From Chiloscyllium plagiosum (Eukaryota), in contig NC_057758.1 of the NCBI RefSeq assembly GCF_004010195.1, forward strand, positions 8,818,562-8,838,561: DNA of 20,000 nucleotides. Direction: 5' to 3'. Position 1 is the first letter of the stretch, and each line of letters begins with the position of its first letter. The notes below the pieces were generated by a model. That model was not told where the DNA came from. It ran no database searches and saw only the letters and a program-made list of their open reading frames with translations. Of this stretch, positions 1 to 9,940 are shown piece by piece. Both the position numbers and the translations under genes were made by a program.

Positions 1-266
1 CCAGAGTCTAGAATAGAGTGGAGCTGCAAAAGCACAATATCTCAGGCAGCATCCTAGGAACAAGAGAAATTCCTCTTGAATCCAGTCTGCTTTACAAAAA
101 CCTTCAAAAACGAAAATGAAAGGGTCTGTTAAACATCATGATGCCATTAATGACTGGGAGTTGATCACAAGCCTGTCCATTCCTTGCTGTACAGTCATCA
201 GCTTAGCTTAATTTAGAAATGAATGGAATTAATTTTCAATTTTGTCGGTGTGTAAATGCTGAAGAC
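1..266 (+). repeat. Copy 1 of a local duplication (partner 8112-8376). It begins in a truncated PLE terminal-repeat fragment (1-66) and runs into non-repeat-like sequence.
   Basis: Manual alignment to 8112-8376 gives about 20 substitutions and 1 indel over 266 nt. The copy is cut by the window start. Homology ends at GAAGAC (261-266), where a CR1 fragment begins. Confidence 0.95.
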
Positions 267-800
267 ATTGGTTCGGACAGGTTTCGACCATTGCGTGCAT
301 TTCTGATCTCGCTCCTACTGTAAGAATGTTGTGAAACCTGAAGAGTTAAGTGAAGATTTACAGGTGATTTGCCAGGATTGCAGTGTTTGAGCTACATGCA
401 GAGACCAGATAAGCGGGTGCTGATTTCACTGGAGCTTTGGAAGCTGAGGGGAGATTTATAGAGTTTCAATAATCATGAGGAACATTGATAGGGTAAATAG
501 TTAAGGCATTTTCCCTGGTCTGGGGGAGTTCAGAACAACAGGACACACTTGAACTATGAGAAGGCAAATATTTAAAAGGGGCCTTTATGGTCTGCTTTTT
601 TAAGGGGATTGCTTGTATGCAACGAGTTGCATGAGGAAGTGCTGTCGGCTGGCACAATTCAAACATTTAAAAGATAGCTGGATGCACGTTTGGATAGAAA
701 GGGATAACATGGATATAGCCCAAGTGCTGGCAAATGTGACGGGGTTAGTTTAGGATATTTGGACGGCATCGACGATTTCCATTCTGTACATCTCAATTAG
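267..800 (+). mobile_element. CR1/HER1-type LINE 3' end (decayed ORF2 C-terminus and 3' UTR)
   Basis: Decayed match to the CR1 C-terminal pattern LVRPHLEYCVQFW..ERVQKRFTRMLPGL..LFSLE.RRLRGDLIEV.KIM (e.g. ctggagctttggaagctgagggggagatttatagag). It is followed by the typical 3' UTR (acatttaaaaga...gtgctggcaaatg). Confidence 0.85.
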
Positions 801-802
801 CT

Positions 803-890
803 GAAAATGTGTTGCTGGAAAAGCGCAGCAGGTCAGGCAGCATCCGAGCAGCTGGAGAATCGACGTTTCGGGCATGAACCCTTCTTCAGG
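803..890 (-). mobile_element. Solo PLE terminal-repeat (pLTR) fragment, family 1, carrying a hammerhead motif
   Basis: The reverse complement cctgaagaagggttcatgcccgaaacgtcgattctcc..ggatgctgcctgacctgctgcgcttttccagca is homologous to 1916-2040, which directly follows a GIY-YIG ORF. Confidence 0.85.
858..890 (-). ncRNA. Minimal hammerhead ribozyme motif with intact core
   Basis: Minus-strand RNA reads CUGAAGA-A-GGGU(UCAU)GCCC-GAAA-CG-UC. Both conserved boxes, a 4-bp stem II, an ACGU palindrome and a GUC cleavage triplet are present. Stem I pairing in this copy is weak. Confidence 0.7.
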
Positions 891-1212
891 GCATCTGAAT
901 TACTCTATAATGTCATTAAAAAATCAATCTTAATACGAAATTACTGTGACACAGTTGTCAAATTAAGAACTAACCTTCTGCCACTTCAACCTGAGAGATC
1001 AATCACCAGTCCTACTGATATATGAATGAACAAAATCTGCTCGAATTCCACTGATAAGATTGAAATTCATTCATTTTACCTTTATCAAAACATTAAATGA
1101 AAATTGTTTCGATTTTACAAACAACAGCATTCCATATTTTGTGATCTCTCATTGTCACTCTTTCCTTGATTTGTTCACTTTGTCAATTATCTGCATATGC
1201 ACTTACATGTAA

Positions 1213-2043
1213 GACCGTTCCCATCGTGACTACCTGGTCAGGTCCACGCCCCCCTACAACCCACCCTCCCATCCTGGCACCTTCCCCTGTCACCGCAGGA
1301 ATTGCAAAACCTGCTCCCACACCTACTCCCTCACCTCCATCCAAGGCCCTAAATGAGTCTTCCACATCCATGAAAGTTTTACCTACCCATCCACTAATAT
1401 CATTTATTGTATCCGTTGCTCCCGATGCGGTCTTCTCTACATTGGGGAGACTGGACGCCCCCTAACAGAGAGCTTTAGGTAACATGACTGGGAGACTCGC
1501 ACCAATAAACCACACCACCCTGTGACCAAACATTTCAACTCCCCCTCCCACTCTGCCGAGGACATGGAGGTCCTTGGCCTCCTTCACCGCCGCTCCCTCA
1601 CCACCAGACGCCTGAAGGAAGAATGCCTCATCTTCTGCCTCGGAACACTTCAACCCCAGGGCATCAATGTGGACTTCAACAGTTTCCTCACTTCCCCTTA
1701 CTCCACCTCACCCCAGTTCCAAACTTCCAGCTCAGCACTGTCCCCATGACTTGTCCTACCTGCCTATCTCCTTTTCCACCTATCCACTCTACCCTCCCCC
1801 CGACCTATCACATTCATCCCCTCCCCCATTCACCTCTTGTATTCTATGCTATCTTCTCCCCACCCCCATCCTCCTCTCACTTAACTCGCCATACTTCAGG
1901 ATCTTTTCCTGTATTTCTGATGAAGGGCTTTTTGCCCGTAACGTCGATTTTACTGCTCCTCGGATGCTACCTGAACTGCTGTGCTCTTCCAGCACCACTA
2001 ATCCAGAATCTGGTTTCCAGCATCTGCAGTTCATTCTTTTTAC
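1213..2043 (+). mobile_element. Penelope-like element, Neptune-type, 5'-truncated: Zn-finger linker, GIY-YIG endonuclease pseudogene, pyrimidine-rich 3' region and pLTR
   Basis: Translation RDYLVRSTPP..PGTFPCHRRNCKTC..NIIYCIRCSRCGLLYIGETGR..HFNSPSHS.EDMEVLGL..RRLKEECLIFCLGTLQPQGINVDF, with in-frame stops. C/T-rich tract at ~1690-1900. pLTR with CTGATGA at 1917-1923. Confidence 0.92.
1913..1949 (+). ncRNA. Hammerhead motif with mutated core (GAAA to GTAA), probably inactive
   Basis: CTGATGA(1917-1923)-A-GGGC-TTTTT-GCCC-GTAA(1938-1941)-CGTC. Confidence 0.6.
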
Positions 2044-2244
2044 CTACCAAAAATTTACTGTCTCAGGTGTGACCACGTCTGTTTACAATGTGTCCAAGCT
2101 GTCATTTTATTTAGCATGGTCATGTCACAATATTTATTACTTTATCTTCTCTCAGAATGCATTGGCAATTTGTATTGCCGAGGACCATTTGCTCAAGAGC
2201 CACAATTAATATTTCTCATTAATATTTTCGGAGATTTGAAATCG

Positions 2245-2345
2245 AGGAAATGGTTTAAATATCAACATTTTTTAAAGAAATATTTGGAGGGTTCGGGAAT
2301 ATATCAGGCAGCGAACGGTCAGATTGGGACAAATTTAGTTTTATT
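2245..2345 (+). mobile_element. Short decayed CR1 3' UTR fragment
   Basis: caacatttt..aagaaatatttgga..gggaatatatcaggca..gattgggacaaatttagtt resembles the tail at 655-750. Confidence 0.5.
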
Positions 2346-2796
2346 TTGAAATTACAAAGTTTTCAATTCATCAAAATGCATCAGTATTCCGATTTCTGAA
2401 GTATCTGCAGATTAGCAAGAGGTGATAATCAATGGTCGGGTTGATTCGGTCTTTTGAGATGGTAAACACATCAAAGACTCGAAGGTTCGAGGATGCACTT
2501 GGGGAATTGGGGTACAGTCGTGTATTTGGCAAGTCTACTGTGGAGTCACTTGTTCTTTGTTTTAATTTGTGTTGAAACTGTAAAAGTTCAAAAGTGGTAT
2601 ATCTGTTTAATGCTCTATTGCCAACTCTCACCGTAGCTTTCACAGAACGCGCTTCAATCTCCAATACTAGACCAGAATTAGTGATATTCGTAGAGGTTGC
2701 TGAGCAATAGAAAATGTTCCAATCAGAGTTCAAGCTTTGCAGGACAATTCTTGTGAATTCCCAAAATTATGAAAGCGTACCTTTCGAAACACTCCC

Positions 2797-2908
2797 GCTG
2801 ACGTGAAGCAAATAGTATTTGCACAATGTTACTAAATCAAGAATTTCATGGCGCTGACGTGAAGCAAATAGTATTTGCACAATGTTACTAAATCAAGAAT
2901 TTCATGGC
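2797..2908. repeat. Perfect two-copy tandem duplication of a 56-bp unit
   Basis: gctgacgtgaagcaaatagtatttgcacaatgttactaaatcaagaatttcatggc occurs identically at 2797-2852 and 2853-2908. Confidence 0.98.
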
Positions 2909-3949
2909 ATCAATTATTGCCCCCAACCCTCCCATCCCCGATTAAAATTCAAAATGTTCTGTTGGTGACGCGTTTTGATTCAAATAGCTTGAATTGTGCA
3001 GCTACATTTGATTTAAAAACAAATTCTCCATTGCTCATTCTGAAGCATGCATGGCATTGTTCTTTACGGAAATGGACTAATTGCTGCATATAAAATCGGT
3101 TGTATTGAATGTCATTTTAATTCCTCAGCTGGACTTACCTAATTAAATATAATCAGCTTTGTCAGAAAGAAAATGCTATATCCAATAGTCTTTCAGACTC
3201 AAATGAACACGATTCAACTTCGCAAATTGTTATTTGGCATCAAACATCGTTTCTGATCACTGAACGTCAACTGCTTTCATCTTATTCGTTGTTTTTTTCC
3301 TTCTGTTTCTGCATGTGGCTTTGTGAATTTGTTACCAGAGAGACAGAAACAAATCTCAGGATAAACTGCCCCTAACTCCAAAGTTGCCTAAAATTCCTCT
3401 GACTTTTCAAACAGAGAAGGAAAGAAAATCTCATCCGTGATCCAAATGTACCATTATCAAATATAATCAAAATTTTCAGAACAGAGAATTTCTTGAAATC
3501 ACCAAACACCGCTTCAAAACATTTTGTTGGACTCTGCAATTACAGAATCATAATGAAACATTGCTCTCTCACCATGCTCTCTACATATTTGAAGAATTAC
3601 TGAAAAAATTATCCTTACCTGAATAGCACAAAATAATCTACGGATGTCATGACGTTTGCAGCACAACAGTAGATAAGGAGCTTTGGAAGATATTTGCTTC
3701 ATTTTACCTGCGCATGTTAGAACGTTTGTAGCTCTGTTAACACAAGAAAACAGAACTTAGACAGAATGAGCAACTGTTGTTAATTTGGCAAAAGATATAG
3801 ATAAGCACAATTCACTCTCTACTTAATTTGTGAAACTCTCTTTAAGCATTGAATCAATCTATTATAAAACTAAATGTGAGTGCTACTTTATATCATACAA
3901 TAATCAAGGAGATTCAATCTTGCACACAGGTCTTTAACTCTGATGTCGG

Positions 3950-6420
3950 TTGTTGTAGTTGTAGACATGATCGCCGAGATTGGAATTTGATTTGCAGACG
4001 TTTCATCCCCAGACTAGGTGAAGTCTTCATTGCTTTGCTGTACTGTGTTTTCTAAAAATTGTTTGGTTCCGTTCCTAATGCTTCCAATTGCCAGTTCCAG
4101 TCGTTCCTTGTAGTGCCCGATGGATTGGGTTCAGGTCTATGTTTGGTGATGGAGTCCGTGGAAGAGTGACATGCTTTTAGAAAGTATGCCACATCTCTCT
4201 GTTTTTCATCTCCTATAACTGTTGAGTTGTCCCACTCGAATTTGTGACCCTTGTCCCTGTGTGATTGGCTATCTGGGACATCTGGCTTTTACTGACCACT
4301 TGGTGTTCGTGGATGCAGATTGCTAATTGTCTGCCTGATTGTCTTTCATCGTATGATTGCAGTCTTCGTATACCATATTGTAATTTACGTTTGTTTTGCA
4401 CAAGATGGGTATAGATTCTTTTCTCCTGGTGAGTTGTAGGTTGAGCGTGGATGTTAGTGTCTGGACTGTCATGAATCCCAGTAGTCGGCAAAATCTGATT
4501 ATCAGTTCTGAAGTATTTTATGTGAGGTAGAGTAGCTACTGATTTAGGTTGTGGCATGTCTTTGTCGTGTTGTCTGTTAGACATCTGCGAATATAGTTGT
4601 GGGATATCCGCTTTTGGTGAATACTCTGTGGAGGTGTTCTTCATCTTCCCTTCGTCGGTTGGGAGTGCTGCAGTGTGATGCAGCCCTTTTGAACAGTGTC
4701 CCCATGCAACTTCTATTCTCTGTGTTGATGTTGTAGCTGTTGGAGTCCAGGGCCTGGTCGCTGTGCGTGGCTTTGCTATGCCCTTGTGTGGTGAATTCAC
4801 CGTTTTGTGTTCTTTCAACTACAACATCTCGAAATGGGAGTTGATTGTTGATCTTCTCCGCAATCGGAAACCTTATTCTGTGACCATGGTGTTGATAAGT
4901 TGGCGTGCGTTCGCAATTTCTTTTGTTGTAATGAGAACAGAAGTGTTGTTCACATATCTGACCAGAGCTTGGGTTGCTTTTGTGGGAAGTTTGTTTGTTC
5001 CAGTCTTTGAATCACTGCTTCTGCTATGAGCCCAGAGGTGGGTGCGCCTGTAGGATATTCCCTTGATCTATTATTACATATGGGTCGAGAGAGTGATGCT
5101 GGAAAGGCACAGCAGGGTAGACAGCATCTGACGAGCAGGAAATCGATGATTCAGGCAAAAGGCCATCATTGGGAAAGATTAAGGGTGTTTGTACGAAGCG
5201 TCAATTTTCCTTCATTTTGGGTACTGATGGACCTGCTGTGCTTTTCCAGCCCTCCAGCATCTGCAGTCATCCCTTTCGCCTTGTTCATGCATGTGGTTGT
5301 TGAATGTGGAGTGTGTCGTCAAGCACAGGGCTAGTAATTTAAGTCTGCCATCCTTGTTGATAGAGTCCCCATAATTTTGTCCGTTCTGAAAATCCTGGAG
5401 ATTGGCCATTGCGTCTCTGATTTGAGCTTTGTCAATTAAAGTGAACAGTGCCATTATGTCAAATAAGACTATTGTTTCGTCCTTGTCTATCATTACGTTC
5501 TTGATGTTATATCGGAATCCCTGTCATGATTCTATGGATTGCTTGGATCCGCAGATGACATGTTTTAGGTTTTGTTCAAGTTCTTTAGCCAGGTTGCACA
5601 ATGGAGTTCCAGTCAGTGCCAAAATATATCGAAATGGTATGTATGGTTTGTGAACTTTTGGTACTCCGTAAAATATTGTGGTGTTGTTGCTTCTTGGTTT
5701 CATCCTTAGAAGTCAGTATTGATTATTTGTCCATTTATTGGAGGTCCTGTCGAATGTTGTTAATTTTATTGATTCGCAGAAGCGTGGGGTCACACTGGTT
5801 CTGTAGGTAGATGGTCCTAGCAGCAAGTAGTTCCTCTGCTTTTTGAATATGTTCGGCCTTTTCCAAAATAACCGTCATTCTGCTCTTGTCTGCTGGTGCT
5901 ATGCTTCTATCCTTGTTAATTTTGAGTATTTTTAGGGCTTCTCTCTATGTGGTGTTGCCGTTGTTCATTCATCTTTTCCTTTTTCGTCAGGGTATAATAG
6001 TTTATCCAACTGTTTGCTGTTTCTTTTCGGTCAGTCTGTTAGTTCTGAATGTATACACTTGTGCACCTAGAAAGTATGTTCTATTTATCTTCTGTAGTTG
6101 TGGTTGAGCCCTTTGGCTAGTATGGATTTTTCCTGTGTATGTGACCTGTCTGTTCGAGTGGTTCCTTCGCCAAGTGTTTGTCGTGTTGTCTTAGCTGCTG
6201 TTGGTTAGCTTCGACATTTTTTCTGGTAGTGCCGTTCTCTTTCTGTGTGAAGCTCGATTTTGTCCTCCTGTGATGACCTATTTGACTGTCATGGTCCACT
6301 TCCGATTGATTATTTTTCAAAATCGGAATTATTGGCATGCAGTGAATTGTCTGTACCTGCATGGTTTGTTTTGAACGTCCGTTATCATAACATGGTTAAT
6401 CTTGAGACCGTTTTGTCTGA
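3950..6420 (-). mobile_element. Penelope/Poseidon-type PLE, long decayed copy (RT + GIY-YIG pseudogene), interrupted at 5084-5280
   Basis: Minus-strand motifs in order: PADKSRMTVILEK..DPT (~5790-5900), FYGVPKVHKPYIPFR..GTPLCNLAKEL (~5580-5670), IDKDETIVLFDIMALFTLI (~5430-5490), SGLIAEAVIQRLEQ (~4995-5035), RYVNN as decayed YVDD (4945-4956), RQSGRQLAICIHEHQ (~4300-4345). A terminal repeat with a decayed hammerhead lies at 3994-4032. The upstream boundary is uncertain. Confidence 0.9.
5084..5280. mobile_element. Fold-back insertion of two inverted family-1 pLTR arms
   Basis: Left arm gctggaaaggcacagcagg..agcatctgacgagcaggaaatcgatgattcaggcaaaaggccatcatt is in minus orientation. Right arm gattaagggtgtttgtacgaagcgtcaattttcc..cctgctgtgcttttccagc..ccagcatctgcagtc is in plus orientation. 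The insert splits the host RT between EQ and the decayed PMGSP motif. Confidence 0.8.
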
Positions 6421-6436
6421 GTGTTGCCCTGGTAGG

Positions 6437-7595
6437 AAAACGAGGACTGCATACTCAAAGTGCTAGACCTATGCTTGACGACACATTCAAAAACCAAACA
6501 CATGAACAGATCTCTGGAGCATCTCTGGGTTCAATTATCAAGGTTTATAACAGAAACAGTATTGCAATGACAGGAGCAGAAACTCATACACATCTAGCCC
6601 AAACTCCCGATCAGATACGTGGACGACGCTTCTATCATAATGAGGACAGAAATCGAGAGCACACGCTGAATTATTGACACCATGCTCATAGGGTTTAGAT
6701 TTACGAGAAAGGGGGAAGAAACAATAACGCCCTATTAGATATGATCGCAGAAGCATTACAAAACGTTGATAGCAATGCAAACGTGTGCCAGAAAGCCGCA
6801 ATCATCAACTAGATCAAAAGCAAAGAACGGAGCACACACAAGAGGCACTGCAATTGGACCCTGGTCAAAAGACCTACTACACATAGCAGAACTCCCGACG
6901 TACAAAGGGAAGATGAAGAACACCTCTACAGTCTTTTTGCCAAGAACAGATATCCCGGCAATTTCATCTGCAGATACCCAACAAGCAAACAACGCGAAGA
7001 GGACATGCCACGAGTTCACTAACTCGTCTGAGAAGATTTACATATTTCGCCTTTCACAAACTTCTCTGAGCACTGTGATTAATGACGCCCACAAACCGAG
7101 AAGCACATTCAGACAAAGACTCATGCGAACAAAATGATGTATACCCAACATGTGCAAGAGAAATAGAATTTACAAGATTCCATGGAAAAGCTGCACGCAA
7201 CAATGTAGAGGAGAACAGGGAGATAGCTCGCAGTCCACCGCCATGAACAAAAACTCGCTAATATAAGCCACGTCCAGCAGATCCGAGTAGCCACGCACAC
7301 AGATGACAGGAACAAAATTTCGAGTGAGACAGCATAATTATAATATGACAAGCTACACAGAGGACAGCCAGGGAATTCATAGAAGAATGGTATTCATCCA
7401 CGGACTACATCAGCAAACACATAACCCCAAACCCAATAAACCGGCAATGACAATGAACTACCGCAACCGGAAGCAAAGAAACGGAACCAAATACATTTCT
7501 GAAGACACAGTAAAGTAGCACTTTGTGGACGGCTCCTAAGTACTGGGGAAAAAGACGTGTGCAAATCAACTTTCCGTTTTGCGAACATACCTACA
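6437..7595 (+). mobile_element. Second Poseidon-type PLE copy, 5'-truncated, inverted relative to 3950-6420
   Basis: ILKVLDLCLTTH (~6450-6486), IRYVDD (YVDD at 6616-6627), HIAELPT..KMKNTST shared with the minus copy (HTAALPT..KMKNTST), CKRNRIYKIPWKSC GIY-YIG remnant (~7152-7195). The 3' end (7498-7595) is homologous to the reverse complement of 3955-4055. Confidence 0.9.
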
Positions 7596-8082
7596 CTTAT
7601 GACAGTGGTAGATAGTGAATCTGAAGTAGTTACACATAAAGTTATGTCCGAAAAATATCAATAAAAGCATGACAGAAGCAGATTCCAAGAATAAAATTCA
7701 GAACACACCAGTCTCAGCCATTAAAAAAAAAACTGCCCCACTATCATGGCAGATAGAACTGAGACATCGGTACAGAGACTGGCAGGCACAGGAGTCCACG
7801 AAAAATGAAAAGATCTTAAGACACCTCGGGATAACGATAAGGGTGTCCACTGAATATGATAAAGAATAAAAACACCTGCTCAGATTTCGTCAGCTGAAGA
7901 ATTCTATTATTGTGGCTAACCTCATAACTTTGTTGGTACTGATATTGCAACAATAAGGTAAACTCAATTTACTTTGTATTTTGACATGGGTAATGAATTT
8001 ACAAGGTGCGTAAGTGACAGATAAATGTCCAACTGATTAACATTTAATAGATTGCAGCTGGCAAATATCTATGAATAAACTG

Positions 8083-8178
8083 TTAAAAGTGAGAATTGCA
8101 GATGCTGGGAACCAGAGTCCAGAATAGAGTGGCGCTGCAAAAGCACAATATCTCAGGCAGCATCCTAGGAACAAGAAG
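8083..8178 (-). mobile_element. Truncated family-1 pLTR fragment lacking the hammerhead core
   Basis: aaaagtgagaattgcagatgctgggaaccagagtccagaatagagtggcgctgcaaaagcaca..caggcagcatcc is the reverse complement of the 1955-2043-type sequence. Confidence 0.8.
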
Positions 8179-8376
8179 AATTACCCTTGAATCCAGTCTG
8201 CTTTATAACAACACTCAAAAAGGAAAATGAAAGGGTCTGTTAAACATCATGAAGCCATCAATGACTGAGAGTTGCTCATTAGCCTGTCCATTCCTTGCTG
8301 TACAGTCATCAGCTGATCTTAATTTAGAAATGAATGGAATTAATTTTCAATTTGTCGGTGTCTAAATGCTGAAGAC
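8112..8376 (+). repeat. Copy 2 of the local duplication (partner 1-266)
   Basis: About 92% identical to 1-266 by manual alignment. Confidence 0.95.
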
Positions 8377-8509
8377 TGTCTGACAGAGTTACATAAAATA
8401 CATGTTTTCCTTTGTTTGGTGAAGTGTTGTGTTGATTTTCAGAGGGTTTCTCTCACCAGTTTAAATGCAATTGTCGAAGCCTGAAAATGAAACTTTGGAT
8501 GTTGAGTGA

Positions 8510-9237
8510 ATCATCTGGAAATTTGACTGCAACAAGATTATGATGAACATGGGCAGTGTGGATTGCAAGCATGTGCTCTCCTTAGTCGAATGTTCAATAA
8601 CAAGGCAGTATAAATTTCAACTTGATAGATGGAGGATGAGAGGGAATCAGAGTGAACAAGTATTTCCCCTAGGGAGGGGTGATTTGTAAGTGGGAAAATG
8701 AAATTCATTGTCTAGAAGGGTAGATTACAGCTTCACGTCATTCATGGGTTTTGGGCACTGCACGATTGCAAGCACTTATCGCTCATCCGGATGGGGCAAA
8801 CTTGAAAAGGTAGTGGAGTGCTAGGCAAGGCGGGATTATTTTCTTTAGAGCACAGGAGACTGAGGGGGGGATCGCAGTGAAGAGTGTGAAACGTGAGATG
8901 CATGGATAGGCTGAACACAGTCAGTTTTTTTTCCCAGGTTCGAGGAATCGAGGACTAGTGGGCATCAGTGTAATGGTACAGGGGACATAATGAAGGGAAC
9001 CTGAGGTCCAACTCGTTTATAGGAAGGCAAGTACGCATTTGGAATGAGCTGCCAGTGGAAATATCTGCGATTTGCGCATTAACACCATTTAGAAGATATT
9101 TGGACAATTGTCCAAATAGGAAACAATTGGAAGGATGTGCACCAGGTTCAGGGAAAGGGAGTCAGTGTAATTGAACATTTTGGTCGGTATGGGCCACTTT
9201 GAGCCAAAGACCCTGACTCCGCGCTGTAGAGATTTAT
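8510..9237 (+). mobile_element. Two successive decayed CR1/HER1 3' fragments (~8510-8750 and ~8825-9237)
   Basis: gggattattttctttagagcacaggagactgagggg (GLFSLEHRRLRG), tggaatgagctgccagtggaa (WNELPVE) and a 3' tail ending gccaaagaccctgactccgcgctgtagagatttatga. Confidence 0.75.
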
Positions 9238-9264
9238 GAGTCAGGAGTTTAGTTGCTTGTTACT

Positions 9265-9590
9265 CTATTCCTCGCCTCCATTTGACACTGTCCTTATGTG
9301 GCAAGTCCACCTCATTTGCTGGTCATTGGTATTCCCAAGGATTTTAACGGTGAGTGACTCTGTGATTGTTACACGTTTTAATTGCAAGAGGCTGTGGTTA
9401 GATATTCTACTGTTGGCGATCACATTTGCGTTGTGTGCATGTTAATTGCCACTTGACAATACAAGTTTGGATATTGTCCAGAAATTTTTCATTTGAAAAT
9501 GGCCTGCCTCAGCAACTGAAGAGTCGCAAATGGCATTGAACGTTATGCAATCTTTGAAGATAAAGCTTGCTGTTGACAGTATGAAGGGGA
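9265..9590 (-). mobile_element. Decayed RT fragment of a second LINE family (L2/CR1 group)
   Basis: The reverse complement resembles the region after the F/YADD motif (..CITFNAICDSS..QKFLDNIQ....WQLT..). It appears to be the same family as 11810-12380. Confidence 0.6.
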
Positions 9591-9900
9591 CGGGTTTGAT
9601 CCCGGATATAGAATTACTGTTTTATAAGGAAAGTTTTAAAAATGGTTGATCCGGTACTCATTGAAGCTCCGAAGAACGCAATGAGGCCTTAATGGTGCAT
9701 AGAACATTCTTAGAGGACTTAACAGTGTAAATATGCAGAGGTAATTTTTCCTGTTGCTGAGAATGCAGGACCAGATGGACATCCTCTATTAATCCGAATA
9801 CGGTAGATTTTAGAGCATCTGATATTTCTGTGAATTTCTATTACACTCTCCAATGAGAAACGAACGCAGTTCAGAAGTGTTTATGAATGCAATGAGTTTT
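9590..9900 (+). mobile_element. Highly decayed CR1 3' fragment
   Basis: ggtactcattgaagctccgaagaacgcaatgaggccttaatggtgcatagaacattcttagaggacttaacagtgtaaat is a decayed LYSLE.RR.RGDLIE.YKILRGLD.V. Confidence 0.55.
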
Positions 9901-9940
9901 ATTCACATCAATGCAGGAAGCAATGAACAGGCAGCTTATG

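Noticed and set aside
94..102. Perfect V(D)J RSS nonamer ACAAAAACC
   Set aside because: There is no CAC heptamer 12 or 23 nt upstream, and the motif is not conserved in the duplicate at ~8205.
1623..2209. Overlapping 149-aa and 180-aa Pro/Ser-rich ORFs
   Set aside because: They are open only because the C/T-rich PLE tract lacks stop codons.
2797..2908. CRISPR-like repeat array
   Set aside because: Only two adjacent units with no spacer, in a vertebrate-type repeat landscape with no cas genes.
4213..4818. 201-aa ORF as a novel protein
   Set aside because: It is a mosaic of in-frame and out-of-frame pieces of a decayed PLE RT thumb and GIY-YIG region.
7885..7919. Plus-strand ISSAEEFYYCG resembling an Ig V-domain YYC motif
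   Set aside because: A stop follows immediately, and there is no upstream Cys/Trp framework or RSS.
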